Source: the human T2T-CHM13v2.0 reference genome, Homo sapiens. Taken from it: 64,000 nucleotides of DNA. Below are positions 52,830 to 64,000 of this stretch, piece after piece (position 1 is the first letter of the stretch; every line of letters begins with the position of its first letter). Location: NCBI RefSeq assembly GCF_009914755.1, contig NC_060925.1; one strand, 5' to 3'. Under the pieces are notes generated by a model. It saw nothing but the letters and a program-made list of their open reading frames with translations, did not search any database and was not told where the DNA came from. The translations under genes were made by a program, and so were the position numbers.

Positions 52830-53484
52830 ACTCATTATTGTTCTCAAGTCACTGAAATAACAGACAAACTGTGTTTTTCTCTGTTAGATATTTTGCTTTT
52901 CTTGGCTAGATGTTGCCAAGTGAAAGGTATTTTTATAGAAACAATAGCAAGCCACAAAGAGAAGTGCTTGGACACAGAAATTCAAGGCAAAAGGGACATT
53001 TTAGCAGAGAACAGATTGGGTTACAACTTGGGCAGCAAATCCAGTAGCACTTTCATTTATTCCTGCCATCCTTTTCGGGAAAGGGAGTGTATTCAGCGTA
53101 TTCATCAGCGTTTTGGTCACATCCTCCTTACCACATTGAGGAGTACGAGGGAGGCCTGGCATTCTTCTTGTAATGACTCACTTTTTTGCAGGAAGATTTC
53201 TCACACACAGGAATAATCCTTCTGTCAGGTAGAGACAGCCCTCTGCCTCCAGAGTTCTGCCAAACCAGTTACAGAAACAACGAATCGGTCATTCCTTTCT
53301 AAGCATGGGTTTTATTATTCTCCCAAAAAAGTAAATTGATGCTACTGTCCTATAGATTCTATTACTGTTGAGTTGCTGGAGATTTGGAGATCAGAGGCTG
53401 GAAGAAATAACTCTGGAGGCTTTAAAGTCTGTGACATACTTGTTTTGTGTTCTGGCCCGCACAGGGATCCTGAGTTATTTGGGT

Positions 53485-53968
53485 ATATAGTGGTAATGGC
53501 CCCATTTGTTCCCATCTTCCTGCATTCGTGCATTTGATAATGATCTCCCCCACTGCCTTTTGGTACAGCCAGGTGTCTTGCTTTTGTCAAAGGGAGTAGC
53601 TTGAAAAGAACTTGTGCTTTAGGGTTTATCCTTCTGCTGCTCTTGCAGCCTCTGCCTCTGCCACTGCTTGATCAAGCTCAAGCTAGCCTGCTGGAGGAAG
53701 AGACACCACATGGAACGGAGACAAGCTGTCCTAGCTGAACCATATTTGATTAACCAGCCAGCTCTGCAGCCGATCACAGACGTGTGTGGGAATCCAGCTT
53801 ATATTGGCTGAGCCTGGCCCAGGCTGGCAGAATCGCCCCACTGAGCCAAGCCCAAATTGCAGATTCTCATATTTGTGAGCTAAAATAATGTTTGTTTGTT
53901 TGTTTGTTTTGGGTTGTAAGAGACTTGGTTTTGGGGTGGTTTGTTGTATAGTAAAACCTTACTAAACA
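53485..53968 (+). mobile_element. Old MaLR LTR (MLT1F-J group)
   Basis: CTAGCCTGCTGGAGGAAGAGACACCACATGGA...CTGAGCCAAGCCCAAATTGC...TTTTGGGGTGGTTTGTT. Confidence 0.65.
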
Positions 53969-54444
53969 CAGATATTTCCCCAAAGGTTTTTCTAGAGTCT
54001 AGTACCACTGGTGAGATCATGTGTTTTGAGATTTTAGGAACAGTTTTCTATAAAGCTGGGTGAAATTAATAGATAATAGATCCTAGGCTAGGAGGTGGGA
54101 CACCAATCATGCTCTCCATCCTTTGGGAGCACAGGCTTTGGAGTCAACTGACTTCAAATCATGCCACCGTGTCAAGGTGGGGTAACAGGTATAATAAGCA
54201 ACATAAAAATCTCTGTGCTTAACACAATAAAGATGTATTCCTTTTCCATGTCAAGGTCCAGTTATATATATTTAGTGTCTTATACATGTACAATCAGCTG
54301 CGGAGTTGGCTGGGGGCTGGTTAATATAAGAAAGCTCAGCTGGGATGTCTTGTCTCTGCTCTATGTGGTATCTTATCCTCCAGAAGACTAGCTTGAGCTT
54401 GATAATACTTATATATGTATATCGCCATGCAGAGATTCAGGGAC

Positions 54445-55056
54445 TGTGATAGTTAATTTTGTGTGTCAACTTGACTAGATCACAGGATGCCCAGATCTCT
54501 GATTAAACATTATTTCTGGCTGTTTCTTTCAGGCTGTTTCCTAAACAGATTAGCATTTGAATCTTTTTACTATGTAAGAAGATCACCCTGGCCAGGCGTA
54601 GTGGCTCATGCCTGTAATCCCAACACTTTGGGAGGCCAAGACCAGCCACTTAATTGAGCTCAGGAGTTCGGGACCAGTCTGAGCAGCATGGCAAAACCCT
54701 GACTCTACAAAAAATACAAAAATTAGCTGGCATGGTGGTATGCACCTGTAGTCCCAGCTACTTGGGAGGCTAGGTGGGAGGATCACTTGAGCCTGGGAGG
54801 TGGAGGTTGCAGTGAGCCATGATTGTGCCTCTGCACTCCAGCCTGGGTGGCAGAGTGAGACCCTGTCTCAAAAACAAACAAATGAAAAACCCCAGAAGAT
54901 AGCCCTTCCCAATGTAGGTGGGCCTCATATAATCCTTTCAGGGCTAGAATAGAACAATAAGGTAGAGGAAGGGAGGATTTGATGGCTTTCTCCCTGAAGG
55001 CTTGAGCTGGGACATCAATATTCTTTTGCCCTCAACTCTGTGGCTCTTAGGCCTTC
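54445..55056 (+). mobile_element. MLT2 (ERVL) LTR, interrupted by AluJb and cut off by L1PB1
   Basis: TGTGATAGTTAATTTTGTGTGTCAACTTGAC...GATTAGCATTTGAATC; resumes CCAATGTAGGTGGGCCTCAT...CTTGAGCTGGGACATC. Confidence 0.82.
54590..54889 (+). mobile_element. AluJb-like
   Basis: Full dimer; degenerate TSD AGAAGATCACCCT (54577-54589) / AGAAGATAGCCCT (54894-54906). Confidence 0.9.
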
Positions 55057-55058
55057 AA

Positions 55059-55749
55059 ATCTACCCAGAGGAAAACAAGTCATTATATGAAAGAGATATT
55101 TGCACACCCATGTTTATAGCAGCACAATTCGCAATTGCAAAATCGTGGAACCAACCCAAATGCCCATCAATCAACAAGTGGAGATATATATATATATATA
55201 TGAGATATATATATCTCATAGTTTATCCACTATCTATATTTATCTATATATATCTATATATGTATCTATATATCTATATATATCTATCTATATGTATATC
55301 TATATACATATCTATAGATATATATCTCTATATATATCTCTCTATATATCTATATATATATCTATAGATATATAGAGATATATATGATGGAACACTACTC
55401 AGCCATAAAGAGGAATGAATTAATGGCATTCTCAGTGACCTGGATGAGACTGGAGACTATTATTCTAAGTGAAGTAACTCAGGAATGGAAAACTAAACAT
55501 CATATGTTCTCACTGACATGTGGGAGCTAAGCTGTGAGGACGCAAAGGCATAAGAATGATACAATGGACTTTGGGGACTTGGGGGGAAGGGTGGGAGGGG
55601 GGCGAGGGATAAAAGACTACAAATAGGGTGCAGTGTATACTGCTTGGGTGATGGGTGCACCCAAATCTCACAAATCACCACTAAAGAACTTACTCTTGTA
55701 ACCAAACACCACCTGTACCCTAATAACTTACGGAAAAATAAAAAATAAA
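55059..55749 (+). mobile_element. L1PB1-like 3' fragment with internal TA-rich expansion
   Basis: ORF2 C-terminal peptide [37 protein letters not shown]; 3' UTR GGGAGCTAAGCTGTGAGGACGCAAAGGCATAAGAATGATACAATGGACTTTGGGG. Confidence 0.88.
55183..55385. repeat. Interrupted (TA)n/(TCTA)n microsatellite
   Basis: About 200 bp of TA dinucleotides with TC/GA interruptions. Confidence 0.92.
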
Positions 55750-56404
55750 GTTTTTTAAAAAAGATGGTTCTGTTCAGTTGTCTTCTTGTCCAAATGCATA
55801 AGTCCAACTCTGGGTGGATCAATTATTCCCACACACAACTCCTTTTCCAAATGTCTCACATTCTTACATATTTATGTTAGTGGTACCGTTATTCTCCCAG
55901 TCTGAGTAATCTTCAGCCCTTTCTCTTTTATTTTCTGTAGTTATTCAAGTTCTTTTCTTTTCTATCTGCCCTGGTTTGGACTCAGGTCAGCTTGCATCAC
56001 ACTCCCTATAACCCATCTGTGCTCTGCTGCCAAATGAACCTTCCTGAACACCACCTTCATCATGTTATGTCTCCCCTGAGAATCTGCAACTGCTTCCTGC
56101 CGCTATTGCATCACGACAGCCTCTCTTAAGGCCAGAGGAGGCTAGAGCCAATGATATGGAAGCTCCCAGCTTCCAACTAAAGATTTTTTTCTCAGATCTA
56201 TGTCTAAGCCTCATTGTTCAGGAGAAAACATGTAAATGGGGCAAAAGAAACACCATTTTTCCTCCAAACCCGAGAGGGCTGAGCTGACAAGTTTAGGGGC
56301 CCAACAGACATTTCTTGAATAGAGAAAATAACTTTTGGATAGTGTTTGAAAATATAACTTCCTTAAATGATATAATTTGCCCATATTCATTCATTGATGC
56401 CACT

Positions 56405-57450
56405 TTAGTTATCTGTAGCTACATTAGTAAACTATCCTAAAATTTAGTGGCTAAACACAACTATCTTATTTTATAGTTCTGTGAGTTGATTGGGCTTAGC
56501 TGGGCAGTTCTTTTGCCCTCTCTCTTGGGTTCTTTTAGGCAGGGATAGTCAGAAAGAAGCTTGGCTGGTTTGCTGGGACAGTGGGGCCTCTTTCTCTCTT
56601 CCTGTAGGCTTAGAACCTGTGTCTCCCCATGTGGCCTCTCCAGGTCATCTTTCAATGTGGTCTTCCCAGAAGGGCAGCCAGACTTCTTATGTGGAGGCGC
56701 AGGGTCTCCAAAAATGTAAACGTGGAAGCTTCCAGGCTTATAACACATAAGCCTCTAATTGGCACCATGTCAGTTCTGCTATTTTTGTTAATTAAATCAA
56801 ATCTCAGGGAAGCCCAAATTTAATGAATTCACAATAAAAGTGTGAACATGGAGAGGTGTGGCTCATTGGGAGCCATCTTTGGAGACGAGCTACTGCCTGT
56901 GGCTGTTCATGATTCGTGAACTTCCTATATAAAAAATACACTCACCCTTGCAAATCTCATTCCAATATGGTATCAGCTTGAAGTCCAGGATATTGTGCAC
57001 TAAATCATGTCCCAGAATGGGGCTTTTGGGATGAAGTTCCTTATGTGCATTTTCTCAGTTGCAAGGACCAAGGAAAGAAAAGGACAAGTATCTATATCTC
57101 ACTCACTAACATTTAGTTAGTTGAAAATGAGACAAGAAAATGACAATTGACTTTCCTGTTCAAAAAGAGGGGAAAAAAGGAGAGATGATCAGTCACTGAT
57201 TCATAGCAATTCTGAAATCCAGCCTGACACATGTCCCAATTTTTCTGACTTGAAGCAAGGGATATTCCTGATGAAGGCTCACTTTTGTTCTTTAGAAGTG
57301 GTTCTGCTCAGCTTTTGGTCTCACCCTCTGGGATTCGAGCTCTGCCTCTGAGTCATACTTCCTTTGTCACAGAAATGGCGCACATTTGTAGCTGCATATC
57401 TGTAATCCTGCTTTCTGCCCTGTGGGAAGTTGGGGCCCAAAGCAAGAGAA
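56405..57450 (-). mobile_element. Old MaLR LTR (MLT1G/H-like) plus adjoining internal sequence
   Basis: CCTAAAATTTAGTGGCT...GGGCTTAGCTGGGCAGTTCTT...GGGAGCCATCTTTGGAGAC, followed by MaLR-int-like sequence. Confidence 0.6.
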
Positions 57451-57453
57451 AAT

Positions 57454-57963
57454 TGTGGTGGCTCACCTCAAACATGCCTCAGTGAACCATGCCTCCTGGT
57501 ACTCATGCCCTCCTGTCCCTCCCTTACCCACTGAGTCTGGGCTGGCCCTGTGGCCTGCTTTAATCAATGGAAGATGGCAGAAGGAACACAGCCAGCTCTG
57601 GGCAGAATCAAGCTCTGAGTACAGTCTTGATTCTGTACTTTTGGGATTCCTAAGAATGTAAGAAGTCTATCTACCCTACAGGAAAGACCACACAGAGAGT
57701 CCACATAGAGGGGGAGAGGCCTGAGAATACACAAAGAGGGAGAGAGACCAAGTCATCCCAGCATGTCAGGTGAGCTTCCAGAAGCTCCATGCTATTTGAG
57801 TTTCCATTTCATGGAAAGTACATGTGAGAACCCAAGTAAGACTACAGAAGAACTTCCCTTGGAGCCTAGCCAACCTATGGAACTGTGAGAGATAAGAACA
57901 TGAATGTCTTTTTAAGTCATTAGAGTGGGGTGGTTTTCTTTGCAGCAATAGATAACTGAAACA
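57454..57963 (+). mobile_element. MLT1F/H-like MaLR solo LTR
   Basis: TGTGGTGG...GCCTCCTGGTACTCATGCCC...GAACTGTGAGAGATAA...GCAGCAATAGATAACTGAAACA. Confidence 0.78.
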
Positions 57964-59511
57964 TATGTATTCACTTACTGAAAGTTATTTAACTATCCAT
58001 TGGTGCCTGATATCCGTCTGTGCCTGATATTGTGTTAGGCCAAATAGATGCAAAGCTAAATAAAGCATGGATTCTAAACTCTATCTTGTTTATATATGTT
58101 TGTTGGTGAAAAATCTTTGTAAATAGAACCATTTTAATGGCAAAATATTTATGTTTAAAATATACTTGTAGTGAATCCTTTCATAAAAGAAATAACTACT
58201 CTGAGATGTGTCATATTTTTCATTTTCTTCAGGTTAGACTTTTTAAATAGTGAAGTATTCCTGAGGTTTTAAAAATGTAATATAATTCAACAAATATTTT
58301 CTGAGTACTTATTATGTATGTCTTTTATATAACTTTAAAATCTATGTACTCAAGTGAGATTGGGTTGAAATTCAGGTACTGTTTTCCGTCTGACTTCTAT
58401 TAGCTCACATGGAGTTTGTTGTCCTAAGTTAGTTGGGGATCCTGTTTTTGTCTATTAGCGTATATTCTTGTAACTATTATGCATCCCCTGACTGTTTTCT
58501 TATTACTTCAGCAAGAATTACACTCAGTTGTTCAGTTTTTAAATGACGTAATTAGCAGCACTATTTTACATTCTCTTTAAAATTCTGTCTTCAGTTGGAC
58601 TCCCTTCCCATCACCCTCTCTTCCTCTCTGAGTGTTACTCAACATCCTGCTAATGAGTTCACGTTCCACCCTTGGCCCTCCACGAATTACTGTCCAGGCA
58701 TTTGCAGACCTTCCTGCCTTAATTATTGGAGGAAAAAAAAAATCTCTTCTTGGTTTTTCCTTGCTAGACTCTAATGGCTTTGAGCTTCCAGTCAACTTAT
58801 GGCTCATAGGTCTTTGTTTTCACAAAAACAGAGACCATAAAGCAGAGAGGAGCCCTGCATATCATATAATTTTATAGATGAGCACACTTTGGACCAGGGA
58901 GCCAAGGGACTTGCTCACAGAATCACTGTCGCTAAGGGCAGAGCCAGGGCCAGAACCCAGAAGTCCTGGCTTCACTAATGCAGTGAATGCACTGTGAAAC
59001 CTCATCACGCTGATGTAAACACACTCATTGATGATTGATTAATCAGCTTTTATTTATAATTATTGATGGACTTTAATGAAGCCTCTGCTCTATTTTCAGT
59101 CTTAGGCTGAAACTGGGGGAAAATAAGAGAAAAAAAGAGAAGCATGGTGGATTCAGAAATTGTAAATTATGTAGCAGTAGATCATAGTGTTTTTAGGGTT
59201 CAGAATTTTGGTGAACACTCTTGCACCTCATATTAATTTATTCAGTAAATATTTATTGAGCACCCACTATATGCATACATATAAGCATGCATGCACACAT
59301 AAACCCAACACACATTTTACCTAGAAATGTGTGAAATAGTGTACAATATCCTCATAAATATCTTTATAATACATACAATTACAAGTTTCATGCCTGTCGC
59401 AATTAGTTGCTTCTTTGGGAAAATGGACACTGTGATTCATGGATATTTTCTCTTTCTAATAATTTGCATGTTCCCAGTTCTTAGAATTATCTGATCATTA
59501 TATTTCATAAT

Positions 59512-59862
59512 AAGGGATCTCAAATTCAAATGTGTTCCCAGGCCATGCAATCAGTATGAATAAGTGAAGCAGGCTGGGTGTTACACAGGTAGAGGAGGGG
59601 AGACTATAGCAGCCTTGAGACCACAAATCCTGTTTAAAGGGGGCAGTTGCTATGTCAGATGGTTGTGGTCATGTGGAAATTCAAGGGCCAGTATTTCTAA
59701 AACTTCTGAATTTTCAAGAGATGCTGGAAATCTTTAATTTTGTGCAAAATCTCCTGATTTTTAAAATGTTGGTGATCAACTAAAAAATGTAAAACCACTG
59801 TGTGGGCCAAACTAAACATGTTTACTAGACTCAACTCCTGGGCAGTTTGCCCCGTCACCCTG
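59512..59862. mobile_element. MER102-like hAT-Charlie DNA transposon
   Basis: AGTGAAGCAGGCTGGGTG; TAAAGGGGGCAG; TTTTCAAGAGATGCTGGAAATC; CTCCTGATTTTTAAAATGTTGG; ACTGTGTGGGCCAAA. Confidence 0.75.
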
Positions 59863-60176
59863 GTGTGTGCCTTCTTCATGGTCAGGGATAATGGTATCCG
59901 CGCTCCTCAGCCACGGGATTTTCTCATTTTCTAACAATTCTGTAAGTAAGAGCCTTGAGTGCAGTGGCTCTTACTAACTGACCTCTATGATGTGGTCAAA
60001 CAATCACCCAACTATTTTCTTGGTCAGCCTCCAGTTGACATCATGAGAAAATAAAAATCCCTTACTAGACTAAATGGGGAAACAGTAGTTGCTTTTAAGA
60101 CGATCCAAAAAGGGATTGCCTTTGCCTACTTTTTATTAGTTAGAAACGTATTAATTATTCTAGAAATTAAAATATA

Positions 60177-60464
60177 GGCCTGCATGCAGTGGCTTACACC
60201 TGTAATCCCAGCACTTTGGGAGGCCGAGGTAGGCGGATCACTTGAGTTCAGGAGTTCAAGACCAGCCTGGGTAACATGGCAAAACTCCATCTCTACAAAA
60301 ATATATACAGAAATTAGCTGGGTGTGTTGGTGCACACCTGTAGTCCCAGGTACTTGGGAGGCTGAGGTGGCAGGATCACTTGAACCTGGGAGGCAGAGGT
60401 TGCAATAGTGTTGATCTTGCCACTGCACTCCAGCCAGGGTGACAGAGTGAGAACCTGTCTCAAA
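60177..60464 (+). mobile_element. AluJb-like with tail replaced by AT-rich repeat
   Basis: Full dimer ending GAACCTGTCTCAAA. Confidence 0.9.
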
Positions 60465-60577
60465 TATGTATATATATATAATATATGTATTATTATATAT
60501 AATATATATTATATATTATATATAATATATATTATATAATATATAATATATACACACACACATATATATACACATAT
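60465..60577. repeat. AT-rich low-complexity/(TA)n-(CA)n repeat
   Basis: Includes exact tandem 23-mer TATTATATATAATATATATTATA at 60491-60513 and 60514-60536. Confidence 0.9.
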
Positions 60578-62341
60578 GATACATAGTATTGGCAGTGCCA
60601 TCTGATGAGTGTGTTAGATGCCCATTCTTATATGGGTCATGCTAACACATCTATATATGCGTTTCTTCAAACCCCAAAATATTTATTAACCCCCAAATAA
60701 GTGTCTGGTATCGGCTCAAACTATTCAGTTCAAGGTCCTCAAAAGTCTCTTCAACTTCAAATTAAATTTTCTGTTCTCATTGCTTGTTTATTTCATTTGC
60801 TTATTTGTCAAATACTTAATGAGCAGCTTCTGCGTATCAGATACAGTTTTAAACACTAACACTATCACAGTGAATCACAGAGACATAGCCTATTCTCTCA
60901 TAAAGCTTACACCTACTGAGGCAGCTGGGAAGAAAATAGTCAAGTACAGAAATGAATAAAAAAGACGGTTTCAAATAGTGATCGCTGTTATGAAGAAAGT
61001 AAAATGGGGAAATGTGATAACGTGATGAAGGGAAGGCTATTCTGTGGAGTTATTGGGGTGGGAACCTGAATAGTGTAAAGTGGGCAGCAATGCAAAGGGT
61101 TCCAGTCAGGAAACAGACCTGGGGCCAAAGCCTCAAGGCAGAGATGGGTTTGAAGTGTTCAAAGATCAAAAAGAAAACTTGTGTGGCTGGACTTCGTAGC
61201 CTGACTTCTCTCCAGCATTTGGAACTGTTTACAACCCTGGTCTTGGCACAGCACTTGCCTGCTTTCTGCTCCTCAAAATCCGTTTCTTTGTCTGGTTCTC
61301 TCCAAGGTCCTGAATATAGCCGTGCTTCCTTATGAAACTTACAATTTCAGGTAAATTTTAGATGCATAAAAGGGGCAAGGCTTACTACCTTCTTCTTAAA
61401 ACTTAAGGCTTCCTTCTCTCTGGAACCCAGACACATTTTGTAATAGTCCAGAAAGATGATGTCCTGAACTACAGTGATAGTGGGTGTAGAATCATTGGTA
61501 CCTGATACACATATTAGGCATATGTGTGTGGGCGTGGATGTGTGTTGTGGGAGTGTGGGGAATATTCAGGGTGGATGTTTCCAGAGCATCAAACTTGAAT
61601 AACTGGGTAGTTAGTGATGCCACTCATGGAGATTCGGAAAGCAAGAGAAGAAGCAGGTTTCATTTAGTTGCAGAGCAGGGTGGGTGGGGACACATAGTGG
61701 AAGGTCAGACAGAATGAAAAGAGTGTTAAAAAGAAGTTCCTGAATCTGAAGCTGTGACTCTAGGAAATGGGCTCTTACTGCCATCTCATATTGGAATTCC
61801 AAATTAGGGTTGACATAATGAGAATATGGTTCTATAATGCTACTGGACTCTATTATTATTCTGTGTTAGAATAAAAAAATTTTATAGATTGGTCTAGAAA
61901 CTTACTCAGCAATAAGAGAATTGCTTCTTAAAATCAGAATGCTACGAATGTTAAACATTTAAAAAGTTAAAAGTTGAGGCAATTCCCTGAGAAATTCAGG
62001 CCAGAGTTGTTTGGTGTCATTTCAATTTTCTTTCTACCCAACTAAGTAGATTTTATTAGCATAATCATTGGTTTTGAGAATTAGAGCACAGGTGGTAGAC
62101 ATGGCCATCATTATATCCTGGATAGTGTTCATCAATCATTACACAAAATTTATTAGGCACTTACTACCTGCCAGACATCATGATAGGTGTTAGGGATACA
62201 AAAATGAGTAAGGTACAGCCCTTGCCACAAAATTATCAACAAATCATACCTGTGCTGAACTTTCAAACCAGTGGTTCCTTTTCTCAACTGATAGATACTG
62301 CTTTCTAAAATAGTTTGTTAATGTATTAAGAGTGGATGTGG

Positions 62342-62621
62342 CAGGAACAGAAACCCAAATACCGTATATTCTCACTCATAAGTGGGAGTTGAACCATAAG
62401 AACACATAGACACAGGGAGGGGAACATCACACACCAGGGCCTGTCAGCGGGTGGGGGGCAAGGGGAAGGAGAGCATTAGGACAAATACCTAATGCATGCG
62501 GGGCTTAAAACCTTGATGACTGGTTGACAGGTGCAGCAAACCACCATGGCACATGTATACCTATGTAACAAACCTGCACATTCTGCACATGTATCCCAGA
62601 ACTTGAAATAAAAAAAAAAAA
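62342..62621 (+). mobile_element. L1PA8-10-like 3' end
   Basis: CTCACTCATAAGTGGGAGTTGA...GCGGGGCTTAAAACC...AACCTGCACATTCTGCACATGTATCCCAGAACTT plus poly-A. Confidence 0.88.
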
Positions 62622-62632
62622 GATTATGTTTG

Positions 62633-62910
62633 GGCTAGATGCAGTACTTTACTCTGGGAGGCTGAAGCGGGTGAACCGCTTGAGTTCAGGAGTTTGAGAC
62701 AAGCCTGGGCAATATGATGAAACCCCATCTCTACAAATAATACAAAAATTAGCTGGGCATGGTGGCACTCGCTTGTAGTCCCAGCTACTTGGGAGGCTAA
62801 GGTGGGAGCATTACTTGAGCCCGGAAGGTGGAGGGTGCATTGAGCCAAGATCATGCCACTGCACTCCATCCTGGGCAAGAGAGTGAGACCCTGTCTCAAA
62901 CAAAACAAAC
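62633..62910 (+). mobile_element. AluJ with 5' internal deletion
   Basis: Dimer lacking most of GGCTCACGCCTGTAATCCCAGC; ends CCTGTCTCAAACAAAAC. Confidence 0.85.
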
Positions 62911-63006
62911 CAGAAAGAGTATGTGGGACCTGCTTGTGTTTACTATTTTGCCAAACAGCCCTACAATTTCGAGAGACTGTAGGTCATTTTGAAAAGGGAA
63001 GAAGTC

Positions 63007-63283
63007 GGCCAGGCGCGGTGGCTTACGCCTGTAATCCCAGCACTTTGGGAGGCCGAGGCAGGCGGATCAGGAGGTCAGGAGATCAAGACCATCCTGGCGA
63101 ACACGGTGAAACCCCGTCTCTACTAAAAACACAAAAAAATTAGCCAGGCGTGGTGGTGGGTGGCTGTAGTCCCAGCTACTCGGGAGGCTGACGCAGGAGA
63201 ATGGCGTGAACCCGGGAGGTGGAGCTTGGCGAGATCGCGCCACCACACTCTAGCCTGGGCGACAGAGCAGGACTCTGTCTCAG

Positions 63284-63312
<29 letters not shown>
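63007..63312 (+). mobile_element. AluY with TSD and A29 tail
   Basis: GAGATCAAGACCATCCTGG, GGAGAATGGCGTGAACCCGGGAGG, GGAGCTTG diagnostics; TSD AGGGAAGAAGTC at 62995-63006 and 63317-63328. Confidence 0.93.
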
Positions 63313-63314
<2 letters not shown>

Positions 63315-63864
63315 AGAGGGAAGAAGTCTAGTAGTGGTCAAAACCTGCTTCTGATTATTTTTTCTTTAAGAGTTAATTCCAGTTGGGAATAGTTTGCTTG
63401 GTTGTTACTTATGACTCCTCTCACTTGGAACTCTGATACAGTAGCTCAAGGGCCTATATTCTGGCATTTTGATGGAATGGGTTTATTTTCTCAACCCTGG
63501 ACACCAGTTGCTACTTGGGAAAGACAGCAGAGGAGTGAATCTCTCCCCTTTAGGCTCTTGGTAGCTCTGTAGAAAATCTGGCCACTGAGCTGGCCCAGGC
63601 TCTGTCATTGCCCTCCCTAATGGTTGTGTGTATGTGTGTGAGAGCGGGGGAGGGGGGAGAGAGAGAGAGTGTGTGCTTTAATTTCCTTACTCTCAGATGG
63701 GGATAGTGTTCTCTACCTTACTTGTTTCACAGGGTTGCTCTGAAAGTAAAATTATACAAAAAAGGAAAGTAAATATGACTGTGCTTAGAAAAAATGACTT
63801 ATGACAATTTAAGATATTATTAATTAGTGATACTAAATCAGTATTACTCTGCATTCCCCTGAGA

Positions 63865-64000
63865 TAGTGTAATCTAGTGGTTAAGACTCTGTTTTGGCTC
63901 TTACTAACCATGTGATTGTGGGCAAGTCACTTAATTTATTTGAGCCTCAGTTTCTTTATCTGTGAAAGAAAGATAACTTTACCTACTTCATACAGTTGCT
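63865..64000 (+). mobile_element. MIR SINE (runs off window)
   Basis: AGTGGTTAAGA...GGGCAAGTCACTTAA...GAGCCTCAGTTTCTTTATCTGTGAAA. Confidence 0.8.

Overview
This is primate, most likely human, genomic DNA rich in Alu, L1, L2, MIR and MaLR repeats. It covers the 5' end of FAM78B on the minus strand, recognised from the translated exon MGCIQSITCKARIRRENIVVYDVCATIDQ...; I recall the human locus as 1q24.1. Positions 1-34014 are the 5' part of the long first intron, which hosts the MIR-derived MIR921 hairpin (22776-22831). A CpG island at about 33.0-35.3 kb holds the promoter, a GC-rich leader with several uORFs and a (CGG)6(CTG)4 tract, and the 263-nt coding part of exon 1. The remaining ~29 kb is repeat-rich upstream DNA. 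I found no other credible protein-coding exon and no multi-gene novel system. Best leads: (1) a well-contexted upstream AUG in frame with FAM78B, separated from it only by a UGA-CGG stop (a known readthrough motif), which could switch off the N-terminal lipidation signal; (2) a near-perfect 33-bp fold-back hairpin about 1.2 kb upstream of the promoter; (3) an AUG uORF reading through the CGG repeat; (4) a consensus TATA box pointing antisense into exon 1; (5) several template-switch or duplication footprints and a twin-primed L1. Repeat subfamilies and boundaries were called by eye from remembered consensus sequences and are approximate.
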